Positions 36,055-46,438 of a stretch of 46,438 nt of DNA are shown here, piece after piece; positions within the stretch are counted from its first letter, which is position 1, and each line of letters opens with the position of its first letter. Origin of the DNA: Octopus bimaculoides. Its lineage: Eukaryota. The stretch lies in assembly GCF_001194135.2 (NCBI RefSeq), contig NC_068996.1, forward strand, positions 19,839,523 to 19,885,960. The letters are read 5' to 3'. The notes under the pieces are model-generated. The model was given only the letters and a program-made list of their open reading frames with translations, had not been told where the DNA came from and did no database searches. The position numbers were made by a program, and so were the translations under genes.

Positions 36055-37112
36055 ATGTCTATCTGTATATATTTATATACATTGAAAGGCACACACACAC
36101 ACACACCCAAATAGGTACGCATACACTTGTGTGTGTGAATATCGATATATGTTTATATATGATACTCGTGCGTGTATTCTAATGCAATGCATTCAAACCA
36201 TTTTTACTTATATCTTCAGTCTTTACATCGGCATATTAATATAAAGCGAATGATGTATATCATATACACCCTGTAGTTACAATATAATGACAAATGAGAT
36301 GAAGATGAAGAGTATAATGATGAGAAAATTGATTATAACATCGATGATAATAATAGTAATAATAATGAATATCATTATATTAATTGTTACAATACTTATA
36401 AAACATGAGGCTATAATACACATGACGCCTATGATGGGGGAAGAGGGCGAAGCAGACGATAAGGACAGCACTACTTTTTTAGAATTTCATTTTAGCGACT
36501 TGAAATTCGAGGTCGAAAGGCTTTTTATCTGGCACTTTAAACATTATATTAATCCATTTCTCTTCATAATTATAATGAAGATGATGATGATATAAACAAC
36601 ACAGACTAATAATACATGTAATTAATGAGAATATTTACTAAGGATGTGTGTGGTGTACGTGTGTGTGTATGTGTGTGTGAGAAATAAATGGAGAGAGGGA
36701 CACAGAAAGAACACGTAAATGTGAGAGGGCTCTAGATTATGAGCGTAGGCGCGTATGAATACATACATACAAACACACAAACGGACGCAATGAACAAACA
36801 CATAAATATACACATAGATATGCATATATGTTTCTATTTATATATGTACATATAAATGTAAATACAAACACACACACAAATATATATATATATATANNNN
36901 NNNNNNNNNNNNNNNNNNNNNNNNNNNNNNNNNNNNNNNNNNNNNNNNNNNNNNNNNNNNNNNNNNNNNNNNNNNNNNNNNNNNNNNNNNNNNNNNNNNN
37001 NNNNNNNNNNNNNNNNNNNNNNNNNNNNNNNNNNNNNNNNACTAAGGCGGTGCCGCAGCATGGCCATAGTCAAATTTACTGAAATAAGTAAAAGTGCAAA
37101 AGAGTAAAAGAG

Positions 37113-37161
<49 letters not shown>

Positions 37162-37358
37162 GATACATATATATAGGCACGAAACAAAGTACTAGTATCT
37201 TGGTTGATAACTGATGAAGAATTAGGGTCCTTCTGGCTGACCTGCGTAAACGTTTTGTAGTATTTAATGCATTTTTCATTTATACACACACGTATACACA
37301 CACACACACACGCACACACACGCGCACACACACACACATACACACACATATATGTATA

Positions 37359-37404
<46 letters not shown>

Positions 37405-37788
37405 TATCACCCTACAGGCCTGGTTCCCTACCTACCTACCTACCTACCTACCTACCTACCTACCTACCTATAACCTACTTACCTACCTACATATCCATTT
37501 GTCCGTGTGTCTGCCTATCAATCTAAATATCAATGTATATGTGTGCTTGCCTGTCTAGCTGCCTGCATGCGAACGGGAAAATAGGTTTCACGACGACAGA
37601 TCCACAGAGAACGCGATGACGTCGATGAATGAACAAGCCGGATCATGATGAAGTGCCAGGTTGAAGCACGAATCCGCAGAAAATGAGGAGTAGTCGTAGA
37701 TGGTTCATGAGGCTTCACAAACTTTCACACTCAGGAATCAGCACTCTCTTTCAATAATTCATGCATACTTACATACATCTTTATAAAA

Positions 37789-37911
37789 TTTTATTAAAAA
37801 GCTGCAAAGACATCACAAAAACTGTTACTCAGAGTTTCACGTTCCCGGTGAACGGGAAGGGGAAACTCTGAGTAACAATCTTTGTGACGTCTTTGATGCT
37901 TTATTAATAAA
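37789..37911 (-). other. Long near-perfect hairpin (34-bp core, ~50-bp extended arms, inner 6-bp stem)
   Basis: 37805-37838 vs reverse complement of 37862-37895 differ at only 3 of 34 positions, all G.U-compatible on the minus strand. Confidence 0.85.
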
Positions 37912-38893
37912 GCATATTATTCTACCTCCGTATTTGAGTCTCATTTTTCCACCTTGTTTCACATTTATGTGCTTACTCTGGTACACACACACAAACATAG
38001 ACTCATACATACACACACATACACACACGCACATACACACACACATACACACACGAACACGCACACACACACGCATATATATTTATATGTATATATATAT
38101 ATATATATATATNNNNNNNNNNNNNNNNNNNNNNNNNNNNNNNNNNNNNNNNNNNNNNNNNNNNNNNNNNNNNNNNNNNNNNNNNNNNNNNNNNNNNNNN
38201 NNNNNNNNNNNNNNNNNNNNNNNNNNNNNNNNNNNNNNNNNNNNNNNNNNNNNNNNNNNNNNNNNNNNNNNNNNNNNNNNNNNNNNNNNNNNNNNNNNNN
38301 NNNNNNNNNNNNNNNNNNNNNNNNNNNNNNNNNNNNNNNNNNNNNNNNNNNNNNNNNNNNNNNNNNNNNNNNNNNNNNNNNNNNNNNNNNNNNNNNNNNN
38401 NNNNNNNNNNNNNNNNNNNNNNNNNNNNNNNNNNNNNNNNNNNNNNNNNNNNNNNNNNNNNNNNNNNNNNNNNNNNNNNNNNNNNNNNNNNNNNNNNNNN
38501 NNNNNNNNNNNNNNNNNNNNNNNNNNNNNNNNNNNNNNNNNNNNNNNNNNNNNNNNNNNNNNNNNNNNNNNNNNNNNNNNNNNNNNNNNNNNNNNNNNNN
38601 NNNNNNNNNNNNNNNNNNNNNNNNNNNNNNNNNNNNNNNNNNNNNNNNNNNNNNNNNNNNNNNNNNNNNNNNNNNNNNNNNNNNNNNNNNNNNNNNNNNN
38701 NNNNNNNNNNNNNNNNNNNNNNNNNNNNNNNNNNNNNNNNNNNNNNNNNNNNNNNNNNNNNNNNNNNNNNNNNNNNNNNNNNNNNNNNNNNNNTATATAT
38801 ATATACAATTTAAAAATAGGAGAAAATCTTTAGAGGAATTTATCAAGTAGTTAGCGTGAAAAACCCCATAAGGGAAAAATATATTAATTATTC

Positions 38894-38933
<40 letters not shown>

Positions 38934-38959
38934 GTGCGTGTGTGTCTGTGTATGTGTGT

Positions 38960-39135
38960 GTGTGTGTGTATGAAATTTCCTGTCTGTTTGACCCCCACCA
39001 CTGGTTGACAACCGGTGTTTAAATCGCAGGCTTAAAATGAAAACGATTAAAGCGGTCGATCGACTAAAATCCCTCAAAATGATGCTTCACCATGGCCACA
39101 GTCTAATGAATGAAAAAAGTCAAAGCTAAAGAATA
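38960..39135 (+). mobile_element. SINE S1 3' half, heavily decayed
   Basis: cccccaccactggttgacaaccggtgtt..gtcgatcgactaaaatcc..catggccacagtctaatga. Confidence 0.6.
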
Positions 39136-39171
39136 CAACATACACACACACAGGCATGCACACACACACAC

Positions 39172-39204
<33 letters not shown>

Positions 39205-39304
39205 NNNNNNNNNNNNNNNNNNNNNNNNNNNNNNNNNNNNNNNNNNNNNNNNNNNNNNNNNNNNNNNNNNNNNNNNNNNNNNNNNNNNNNNNNNNNNNNN
39301 NNNN

Positions 39305-39346
<42 letters not shown>

Positions 39347-39887
39347 CGCATACACAGTGTAAAGTTTGACAGAAATGTATCTGAGAGATTTTTTCGTGCC
39401 GTTTCCTTCGTAGTTTTAGCAGCCACCTTGGTTTTATATTGTGCTATGTTTGCTATTTGTGCTGTTGCAGCTGCTGTTATTGCTGCTGTGACTATTACAG
39501 CTGCTGCTACTGTCACTGTTACTATTCTTTTCATTGGCATTCCTACAACATGAAGCGCAGCGCACACACAGGTTGTGTAGTCCACACAAGGCGGTGGTGT
39601 AGTCACTCTATTAGAAAATGAAACAAAAGCATCATTCAGTAAGAATAAAATGAGGGGCATCATAAGACAAACAAAAAAATGTTGTGTGTCACATCTTAAA
39701 TACCTTTGATTACAAATCTGCTCCGGCATTGATGACATGGGGATCAATAACGATAATTCTTTGTAAATTCGGCACGATCCCAGTAATTATAGAATGCATG
39801 GCCACTAATTTTGGGACTGAATCCATCGACCCCAATGCCCAAACTGTACTTATTTCATCGACCCTTTAAAGGAAGAAATACAAGGTC

Positions 39888-40012
39888 GAAGAAGAAGAAG
39901 AAGAAGAAGAAGAAGAAGAAGAAGAAGAAGAAGAAGAAGAAGAAGAAGAAGAAGAAGAAGAAGAAGAAGAAGAAGAAGAAGAAGAAGAAGAAGAAGAAGA
40001 AGAAGAAGAAGA
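39888..40012. repeat. Pure (GAA)n tract
   Basis: Direct reading. Confidence 0.97.
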
Positions 40013-40148
40013 AACAACAAAAGCTATAAAACAAATGAAATCCAAACTAAAACTAGAACAGCAACGATAGCAAGAAAAGCCCCTTCATGGCAAACACTGG
40101 GCTAAACTAAATGCAAAAGATATAGAGAAAAATCCCGGCAATGGTTGA

Positions 40149-40150
<2 letters not shown>
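40013..40150 (+). mobile_element. Short R4/Dong-like fragment
   Basis: TTKAIKQMKSKLK..QEKPLHGKHW..RQWLR, followed by (AAT)n. Confidence 0.7.
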
Positions 40151-40187
<37 letters not shown>

Positions 40188-40299
40188 AATATCAACACAC
40201 GCCACCCCGCCAGCACAAAAGTGCAACAAATGATGCAATAGAAAGTTGCTTGAAACTTTCAGATGCCGAAAAATATTAGTGGTGATGACGATGATGATG

Positions 40300-42850
40300 G
40301 ACATTAGCCTATCTCAGGAGTTTCCGGATGAACTCTGGTTGTAACAGCGAAAATTAAGCTAGACCTTTAAGGGAAGGCCTCTCGCTCGGCAGTGGTCCAG
40401 TAAAGATGCAGACTGATCACAGCTGTTATCCTAATAGAGCATCAGCAGATAACAGAGCAAGGAGGAAGAAGGGGACCTGCGAAGAAAACAGGAAAGTGAA
40501 CCTAAAAGAAGGGGCTATAGAAAACGGATGTTAACAGTTTGGGTAGAGATGGACATGTTTAAAGTGACCGAGCAGAGATTAGTTGATCAAGCTAATGTTA
40601 TTAGGAGAAGAAGTGGATGACAGAAGTGGAGGTAGAAGGGATCACAAGAGAACTGGAAAAGGAAGATCAGGCAGTAGGAAAGACAAACAACAACAGAAGA
40701 GATACAGCTCAAACTAAAGAAGAAACTAAAGGAAAAATAATAATAAGGAAGGAACAACTGGCACCAACAGTTTAAGTGATTTAAGTGAGGAAGATCTGAA
40801 AATTTCAGATGAGTTGCAGGAAGTAATGAGGAAAGAAGTAAGGAAAAGGTTGCCAGCATTAAAAGGAATTAACAGAAGGAAGCTACAAGAAACGACTAGG
40901 AAAGTAGATTCTGTTATCAGTAGAATAGAAGACACTAACTTACTGATCTATGCAGGAGGGGTATTAGTCACCAGAAGATTAGATATCTCACAGGGAAAGA
41001 GCAAATGTGGAAAAGGAGACTACAAAATAAAGACTTTAAGATAAGATCTGCGTGGAGTAGGATCCTGGACACGGAACAAGTTAAGAAACATAAGATGCAA
41101 ATCTTCCCTCCAGAAAAGAAACTTAGTCAAAGAGAAAGGATTTGAGATAGTAATGGTAGAGCTGAAACAACATATTAAAACAGTAGCACCAAGCTCTCCA
41201 AATATTAAAAAAGAATAGATCAATATCAACAGAATAGATTATTTGAGGCAGACCAGAGGAGGTTTTATAACCACATAAATAGTGGAGAATGAAATACTGA
41301 AGATGAGAAACGTAATATAGAAAAAGTTAAAATGTTCTGGAGTAATATTTGCGATAAACCAGTCAATCATAATGGAGGTGGAGTATGGTTAAAGAAAGTG
41401 AGGGAAGAAGTAATGAGTGGGAAGCAGCCAGATCTAAGATTAACTAAAGCATTAATGAGTAGTGTTAGGAAAAATGCCGAATTGGAAGGGCCCAGGACCA
41501 GATTTAATTCAAGAGTACTGGCTAAAGAAATTTAGTAGTTTACATGGAAGGATAAGGGAGCAACTTCAGGATTACCTTAATGGAGGAATAATACCAGACT
41601 GGATAACTAGAGGGAGGACAATACTCATTATAAAAGATAAAAGCAAGGCTAATACAGCTAGCAATTACAGACCAATCACTTGTTTACTTTTAGTGTGGAA
41701 ACTGTTTACAGGAATGCTTTCAGAAAACATTTACGAGCACCTTGACAACCAGAATTTACTACCAGATGAGCAGAAAAGTTGCAGGAAGAAGTCCAGAGGA
41801 ATGCATGATCTATTATATATATAAAGAAAACAGTTCTAAATGAAGTAAAAGCTAGAAGGAAAAGTCTAACAATAGCATGGATAGATTATAGGAAAGCCTG
41901 TGACATGATCTCACACTCATGGATAAGTGAATGTCTGAGTACATTCAGTATAGCAGACAACATAAGAGAATTAATTAGCATGAAGAAATGGAAAGTAGAT
42001 ATCTACTCAGGGGACACACTCTTAGGGAAAGCTAATATTAAAAGGGGAATTTTCCATGAGGATTCATTGTCCCCTTTAATATTTGTCTTATGTTTGACCC
42101 CCACTCCCTCAGTTTAGTATTAAGGAAGGCAAAGGCAAGGTATCAGTTCAGAAATAGAAGGGAAAATTAACCATTTGCTCTACATGGATGATCTGAAGCG
42201 TTTTAGTAAGAATGAAGGAGATAGATTCCTTAATACAGCCTGTAAGACTCTTCAGCATAGAGATATAGGAGCGTAATTTGGCAAAGACAAGTGTGCAATA
42301 TTAATCATGAGGAGGGGAAAGGTAATCAACAGCGAAGAAATTCAATTACCAGATGGCCAGATATTAAAACATTTGAAAGGAGGAAAGAGTTATAAGTATC
42401 CAGGAGTATTAGAATCTGACAGAGTACGAACTAAAAAAAATGAAAACGAAAATTAAGAAAGAGTATATGAGTAGGGTGAGGAAGCTAACCGAAGTCAAAG
42501 CTAAATGGTCTGAATCTAGTGAAGGCTGTAAATACTTGGGCAGTATCATTACTTAGATACTCATCAGCTTTTGTAGATTTGACAAAAACTGAATTAGCAA
42601 AGCTAGACAGAAGAACTTAGAAGGAATTCAATATGAATGGAGGACCCCCACCCAACGGCAGAAGTAGCAAGATTAGACCAACCTAGAACGAAATGTAGAA
42701 GAGGGTTAATACCAGTAGAAGACTGCGTGGAGTTAGTTAGAGTAGATATAGTCTTCTATGTAGGTAATAGTGAAAAAAGTTTATTAAAAGCTGCTAGACA
42801 CAGGGAAACCAAAACACTAAACGAACTTAAAAACCAGAAAAAAAGAACAG
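40300..42850 (+). mobile_element. Long R4/Dong-like retrotransposon relic (N-terminal domain + RT; 3' end missing)
   Basis: RRGYRKRML..VTEQRLVDQAN, WKGPGPDLIQ.YWLK, NYRPITCL, AWIDYRKA, KRGIFHEDSLSPL.F, NHLLYMDDLK, YKYPGVLE, NTWAVSLLRYS; many stops and frameshifts. Confidence 0.93.
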
Positions 42851-42854
42851 AAAT

Positions 42855-43050
42855 TATAATGAAAATAACGCAGAGAATGGACAGACATCTGGAAGAAAAC
42901 TACCTGTTTCCAGAAGAGGAGAAGGGATACTGCAACGACTCATACGGCTGCAAATATAAGCCGCTGAGCAATAAAGCCATATCTGAAGATAGTGGCAGAA
43001 AGAAGAGTCTAAGTATGGCCTGGATCGATCACCGAAAGGCTTTTGATAGT
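42855..43050 (+). mobile_element. Second Dong-like RT fragment from a different lineage
   Basis: HLEENYLFPEEEKG..GCK..KSLSMAWIDHRKAFDS repeats a region already present at 41750-41900 with different sequence. Confidence 0.8.
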
Positions 43051-43054
43051 AACT

Positions 43055-45772
43055 GGACTTTATCTAGATACTATCTGGATGACCCATTGTGATTGCTCCA
43101 TGTCCACACTGGCACATCAGGGAAATCCAATCGATACCTGTCAGAAAGCTGGAAGTTTCTGAGCAGGTTTTCGAGGCTTTTACACTCCCTTCTTCTACGT
43201 ACTGAACCCACACAGTCCTCCGTACGTCCAAAATACTCTTCCAGTCCCCCACTAGAACTAAAAGGAGAGACGTTCCAAGGAATATTTCTAGACGCCTGAA
43301 GAAATCTGGCGTCCCAGCCCCTGTCGGAGCATACACAGCCACCAATCTAAAGGTACTCTCTACCCCGCCATTCAAATCTAGGACCACCAACCTACCGTCC
43401 GAGTCCAAGAAGTTTGCTCTTATTTTGGGACTTGATGATTTTCGGAATAACACTTCTACTGTGCCGCCCCCGACAGACCACAAGATGAGAATACCTCGTA
43501 GTCTTCGAAAATAGTTGCTAGAGCATGTTTTTCGGCAATTCTCGTCTCGCTAATTGCTGTCACATCTAAATGAGTCATCCCAATCGCATCTAGATAGAGT
43601 ATTTGTTATGTCAGTGGATAAGGATAGTATAGTGTGTCCACAATTCAAATTGATCGGTTACACAGACCATAAATTTGTGATCTGCACAGTTTGATTTAGA
43701 TAGGTTACTAGAAGTTGAACGCATCCTTTCCGACGCACAAAGACTACAGGAACCGGATTAGCGAACTAGTTAATCGGCAGTTGAGATCGATGAGTAGGTG
43801 CCCCTACTTCCAAACCGAACCCAGGCTCCAAAAATTTACACAGCCAACTTTAAGTGTAGCCATTTAACTTAGAGGAAATAAAATGGAATTATGTAACTTG
43901 CTCTCCAGAAATAACTGTTGACACAGTCTTCTTTGTGATCGAGCGGGTAGTGGGGAAGGGATTTTCTATGAAGTTTTTGTTTGCGCGGGTGGGTACTTAC
44001 TGAATCCTCTAATTTCCTGCAGGAATGTCTCTTTCAAATTAAGATTCCTATCCGTATATGTTTGGATTAACATCTTGTCCGGTGGAGTTTCCTGGAGGAG
44101 TTCCGCAAAATCTGCACTTGTTGTAATGTTTTTGTTAAGTACTTCCTCAATCAATTCAATGTTACTCCTCTGAACATCAGTGAAGTCGATGAAGGAAGCA
44201 CGTACCCTAGAGTGTGACTACTGATGGTTTTTATTTTTTTGTGAGTGTTTCTTTTTGTTTTCATGTTTTTTTTTTGTGTGTATGGTTGTGAATGTGTTTG
44301 CAAAAATTGGTTGTCTTCTGATAAAGATGTTGATGTTGATGTTGATTTGTTTTTAAAGTAGTGTTGTGATGGACTTTTTTTTACCGTCATATCTTAGAGC
44401 ATTCAATTTGGGCCGGTCGTTGTTTGGTTCATATTCAGTCTTTCCCTTGTAGAAGCGCAATGGCCCAGTGTTTAGGGCAGCGGACTCGCGGTCATAGGAT
44501 CGCTGTTTCGATTCCTAGACCAGGCGTTGTGAGTGTTTATTGAGCGAAAACATCTAAAGCTCCACGAGGCTCCGGCAAGGGATGGTGGTGAACCCTGCTG
44601 TACTCTTTCACCACAACTTTCTCTCGCTCTTACTTTCTGTTTCTGTTGTGCCTGTAATTCAAAGGGTCAGCCTTGTCACACTGTGTCACGCTGAATATCC
44701 CCGAGAAGTAAGTTAAGGGTACACGTGTCTGTGGAATGCTCAGCCACTTGCACGTTAATTTAACGAGCAGGCTGTTCCGTTGATCGGATGAACTGGAACC
44801 CTCGACGTCGTAAGCGACGGAGTGCCAACAACAACAAGTCTTTCCCTTATCTCCAACAAAGGCTCTTTGGTGCGAAGTCAATAAGGACTTTTCTTTTGTG
44901 AGGTCCGATTCGGAGCAAGGAGGCAGATGCGAGGTAATAGTTCTTTTCCTCATCTTGAGTAGTTAGTTGATAGTAACGATGGAGAGCTTCACAAAAGGCT
45001 TTGAGGTGGTTCGAATTCCCACACACTTCTGTTGTTTTCCTGCTACAGAAATTGGAATCTGTTCGCATTCCCCGAAACAGAAAAAAAATCGGGAATGCAA
45101 TTAATTTCTTCTGGAGAAACTAGTATCTGGAATTTCATCAGAATTCCAGTCCTGTAGAGATGTGGAGTGGACTTCATCTCCACAATTTTCTCATGCTCCT
45201 CGAGAATGGCTAAAATCCTCGCCGGATCTCAGAGACCCGACTCGAATTTGAATCAACCTTTTACCCATGTAATGAAGAATCATTACAAAAGCCTGGGACG
45301 TTCAAGTTATAGAAGCCATTCTCCTGGCTTCTTGCTCGCTGCTGCATATAGCAGTGACCATCCCATATTATTTACCTTTCTGTGGTGTGTGTTGCATTGT
45401 GGGTCACACATCTTCGAGGTATTTTTCAGTCTCTGCCGGAGAACGAAATTTAAGTTACCTCTCCTTGCAAGAAACACATTTAGAAACAATTGTATGTCTT
45501 CTGGAGCATTTTTTTCCTCCTCCTCACTAAGGCACATAACACCTGGTTTCATAATGTCACTCTTGTATTTCAGTGCCTTATTTTTAAGTCAACCACTGAA
45601 AAAGTAGTTCAGTTGCTAACGGCTTTAGAAAAAGAAGTAGCTTTGTTGAGGTTCACTCTGTTATTATTGCTGCTGCTACTGTTGTTGGTAGAGGTGTCGT
45701 CGTCGTTGTGTTGTTGTTTTCCACACAGTTATTATTGTTGTTATTGTCTTCAATTGGTAGTGGTGGTGGTGG

Positions 45773-45822
<50 letters not shown>

Positions 45823-46045
45823 ATGATGCTGGTGCTGGTGCTACTGCTGCTGTTAATGCTGTTCACATTCTTCCTGCTGTTGTAGTCGTCGTCGTCATTA
45901 TAATTGCTGCTGGTACTTTTAAACTTGTTACTAATGTCATAGCAACAAGAGGAAATTGTATTTCTCTTTGGCGAGAAGTTTATTTCACCTTCAGCTGCGT
46001 TTCTGTTGGGGGTTATAACAGAACGCTGCCCTTGGTCCATTATTA
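43055..46045 (-). mobile_element. Tx1/L1-like LINE 5' half: ORF1 relic (about 46045-43880) and ORF2 AP-endonuclease (43865-43055), internally rearranged and interrupted by a SINE
   Basis: ISVAGKQQKC.VCGNSNHLKAFC zinc knuckle; MATLKVGCVN; DVTAISETR; GRLVVLDL..FRLVAVYAP..LVGDW; plus-strand LDRVFV..YTDH..GY*KLN; boundaries beyond 45600 are uncertain. Confidence 0.8.
44452..44837 (+). mobile_element. SINE family S3, full length, (CAA)n tail, 12-bp TSD
   Basis: tRNA-like head (tggcccagtg..gtttcgattcc); agtctttccctt at both 44437-44448 and 44837-44848. Confidence 0.92.
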
Positions 46046-46334
46046 TTATTATTATTATTATTATTTTCGTAATCCAATATATTCTTAAATGCGAAAAATT
46101 AATAAAATCCTGTCCTCGCAAAAAATGCAAAAATGCAAAACAATTTTTACACTTACTCCACCAAAACCGGGGTGCAAATATACAAAATGTTACCACCATA
46201 ATCCAGACAATGTAGACAAAATGCTTGTTGAATAAAATTTTGATCAAACGGGCTGCAACCAGCCGAAATGCTTGATTAAGCACTTACAAATTATGAACGT
46301 CCAACATGTATGACTTCACAAGCTGACGGCTATA

Positions 46335-46339
46335 ATGAA

Positions 46340-46438
<99 letters not shown>
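46335..46438. repeat. (AAT)n microsatellite running off the window end
   Basis: Direct reading. Confidence 0.97.

Noticed and set aside
37200-37260. Hammerhead-like CTGATGA core (also at ~42562 and ~45138 on the minus strand)
   Set aside because: No GAAA after a closing stem II and no stem I/III complementarity with an NUH site.
40317-40336. GGAGTTT/GAACTCT stem with a leading G.U pair, like HDV ribozyme P1, at the Dong 5' region
   Set aside because: Only a 6-nt loop separates the strands, leaving no room for the nested P2/P3 pseudoknot.

Overview
Repeat-saturated, AT-rich eukaryotic DNA from a draft assembly with 11 N-gaps. The tRNA-headed SINE families and the dense (AAT)n/(CA)n/(TA)n microsatellites suggest a coleoid cephalopod, probably Octopus (inference, not verified). 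I found no convincing host protein-coding exon, tRNA, rRNA or CRISPR array. Almost every ORF in the track is a microsatellite, N-gap or decayed-transposon artefact. The window is a graveyard of mobile elements. (1) About 11 fragments of REL-endonuclease non-LTR retrotransposons (R4/Dong-like, several lineages), most abutting (TAA)n on their sense strand and stacked head-to-tail at 7.8-11.4 kb. (2) Tx1/L1-like pieces, including a 5' half whose endonuclease region is scrambled. (3) RTE-like, CR1-like and possible Penelope relics. (4) A DD36E Tc1, a DD34D mariner and a pogo/Tigger. (5) Three SINE families, labelled S1-S3 here. (6) A twice-present non-coding ~560-bp element flanked by AAT/ATT repeats. 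(7) Five fold-back or TIR elements. Most interesting: the TAA-targeted Dong stack, the 3'-tail match between SINE S2 and the Tx1 LINE, the scrambled Tx1, and the 37.8-kb hairpin. All alignments and translations were done by eye, so most boundaries are approximate.
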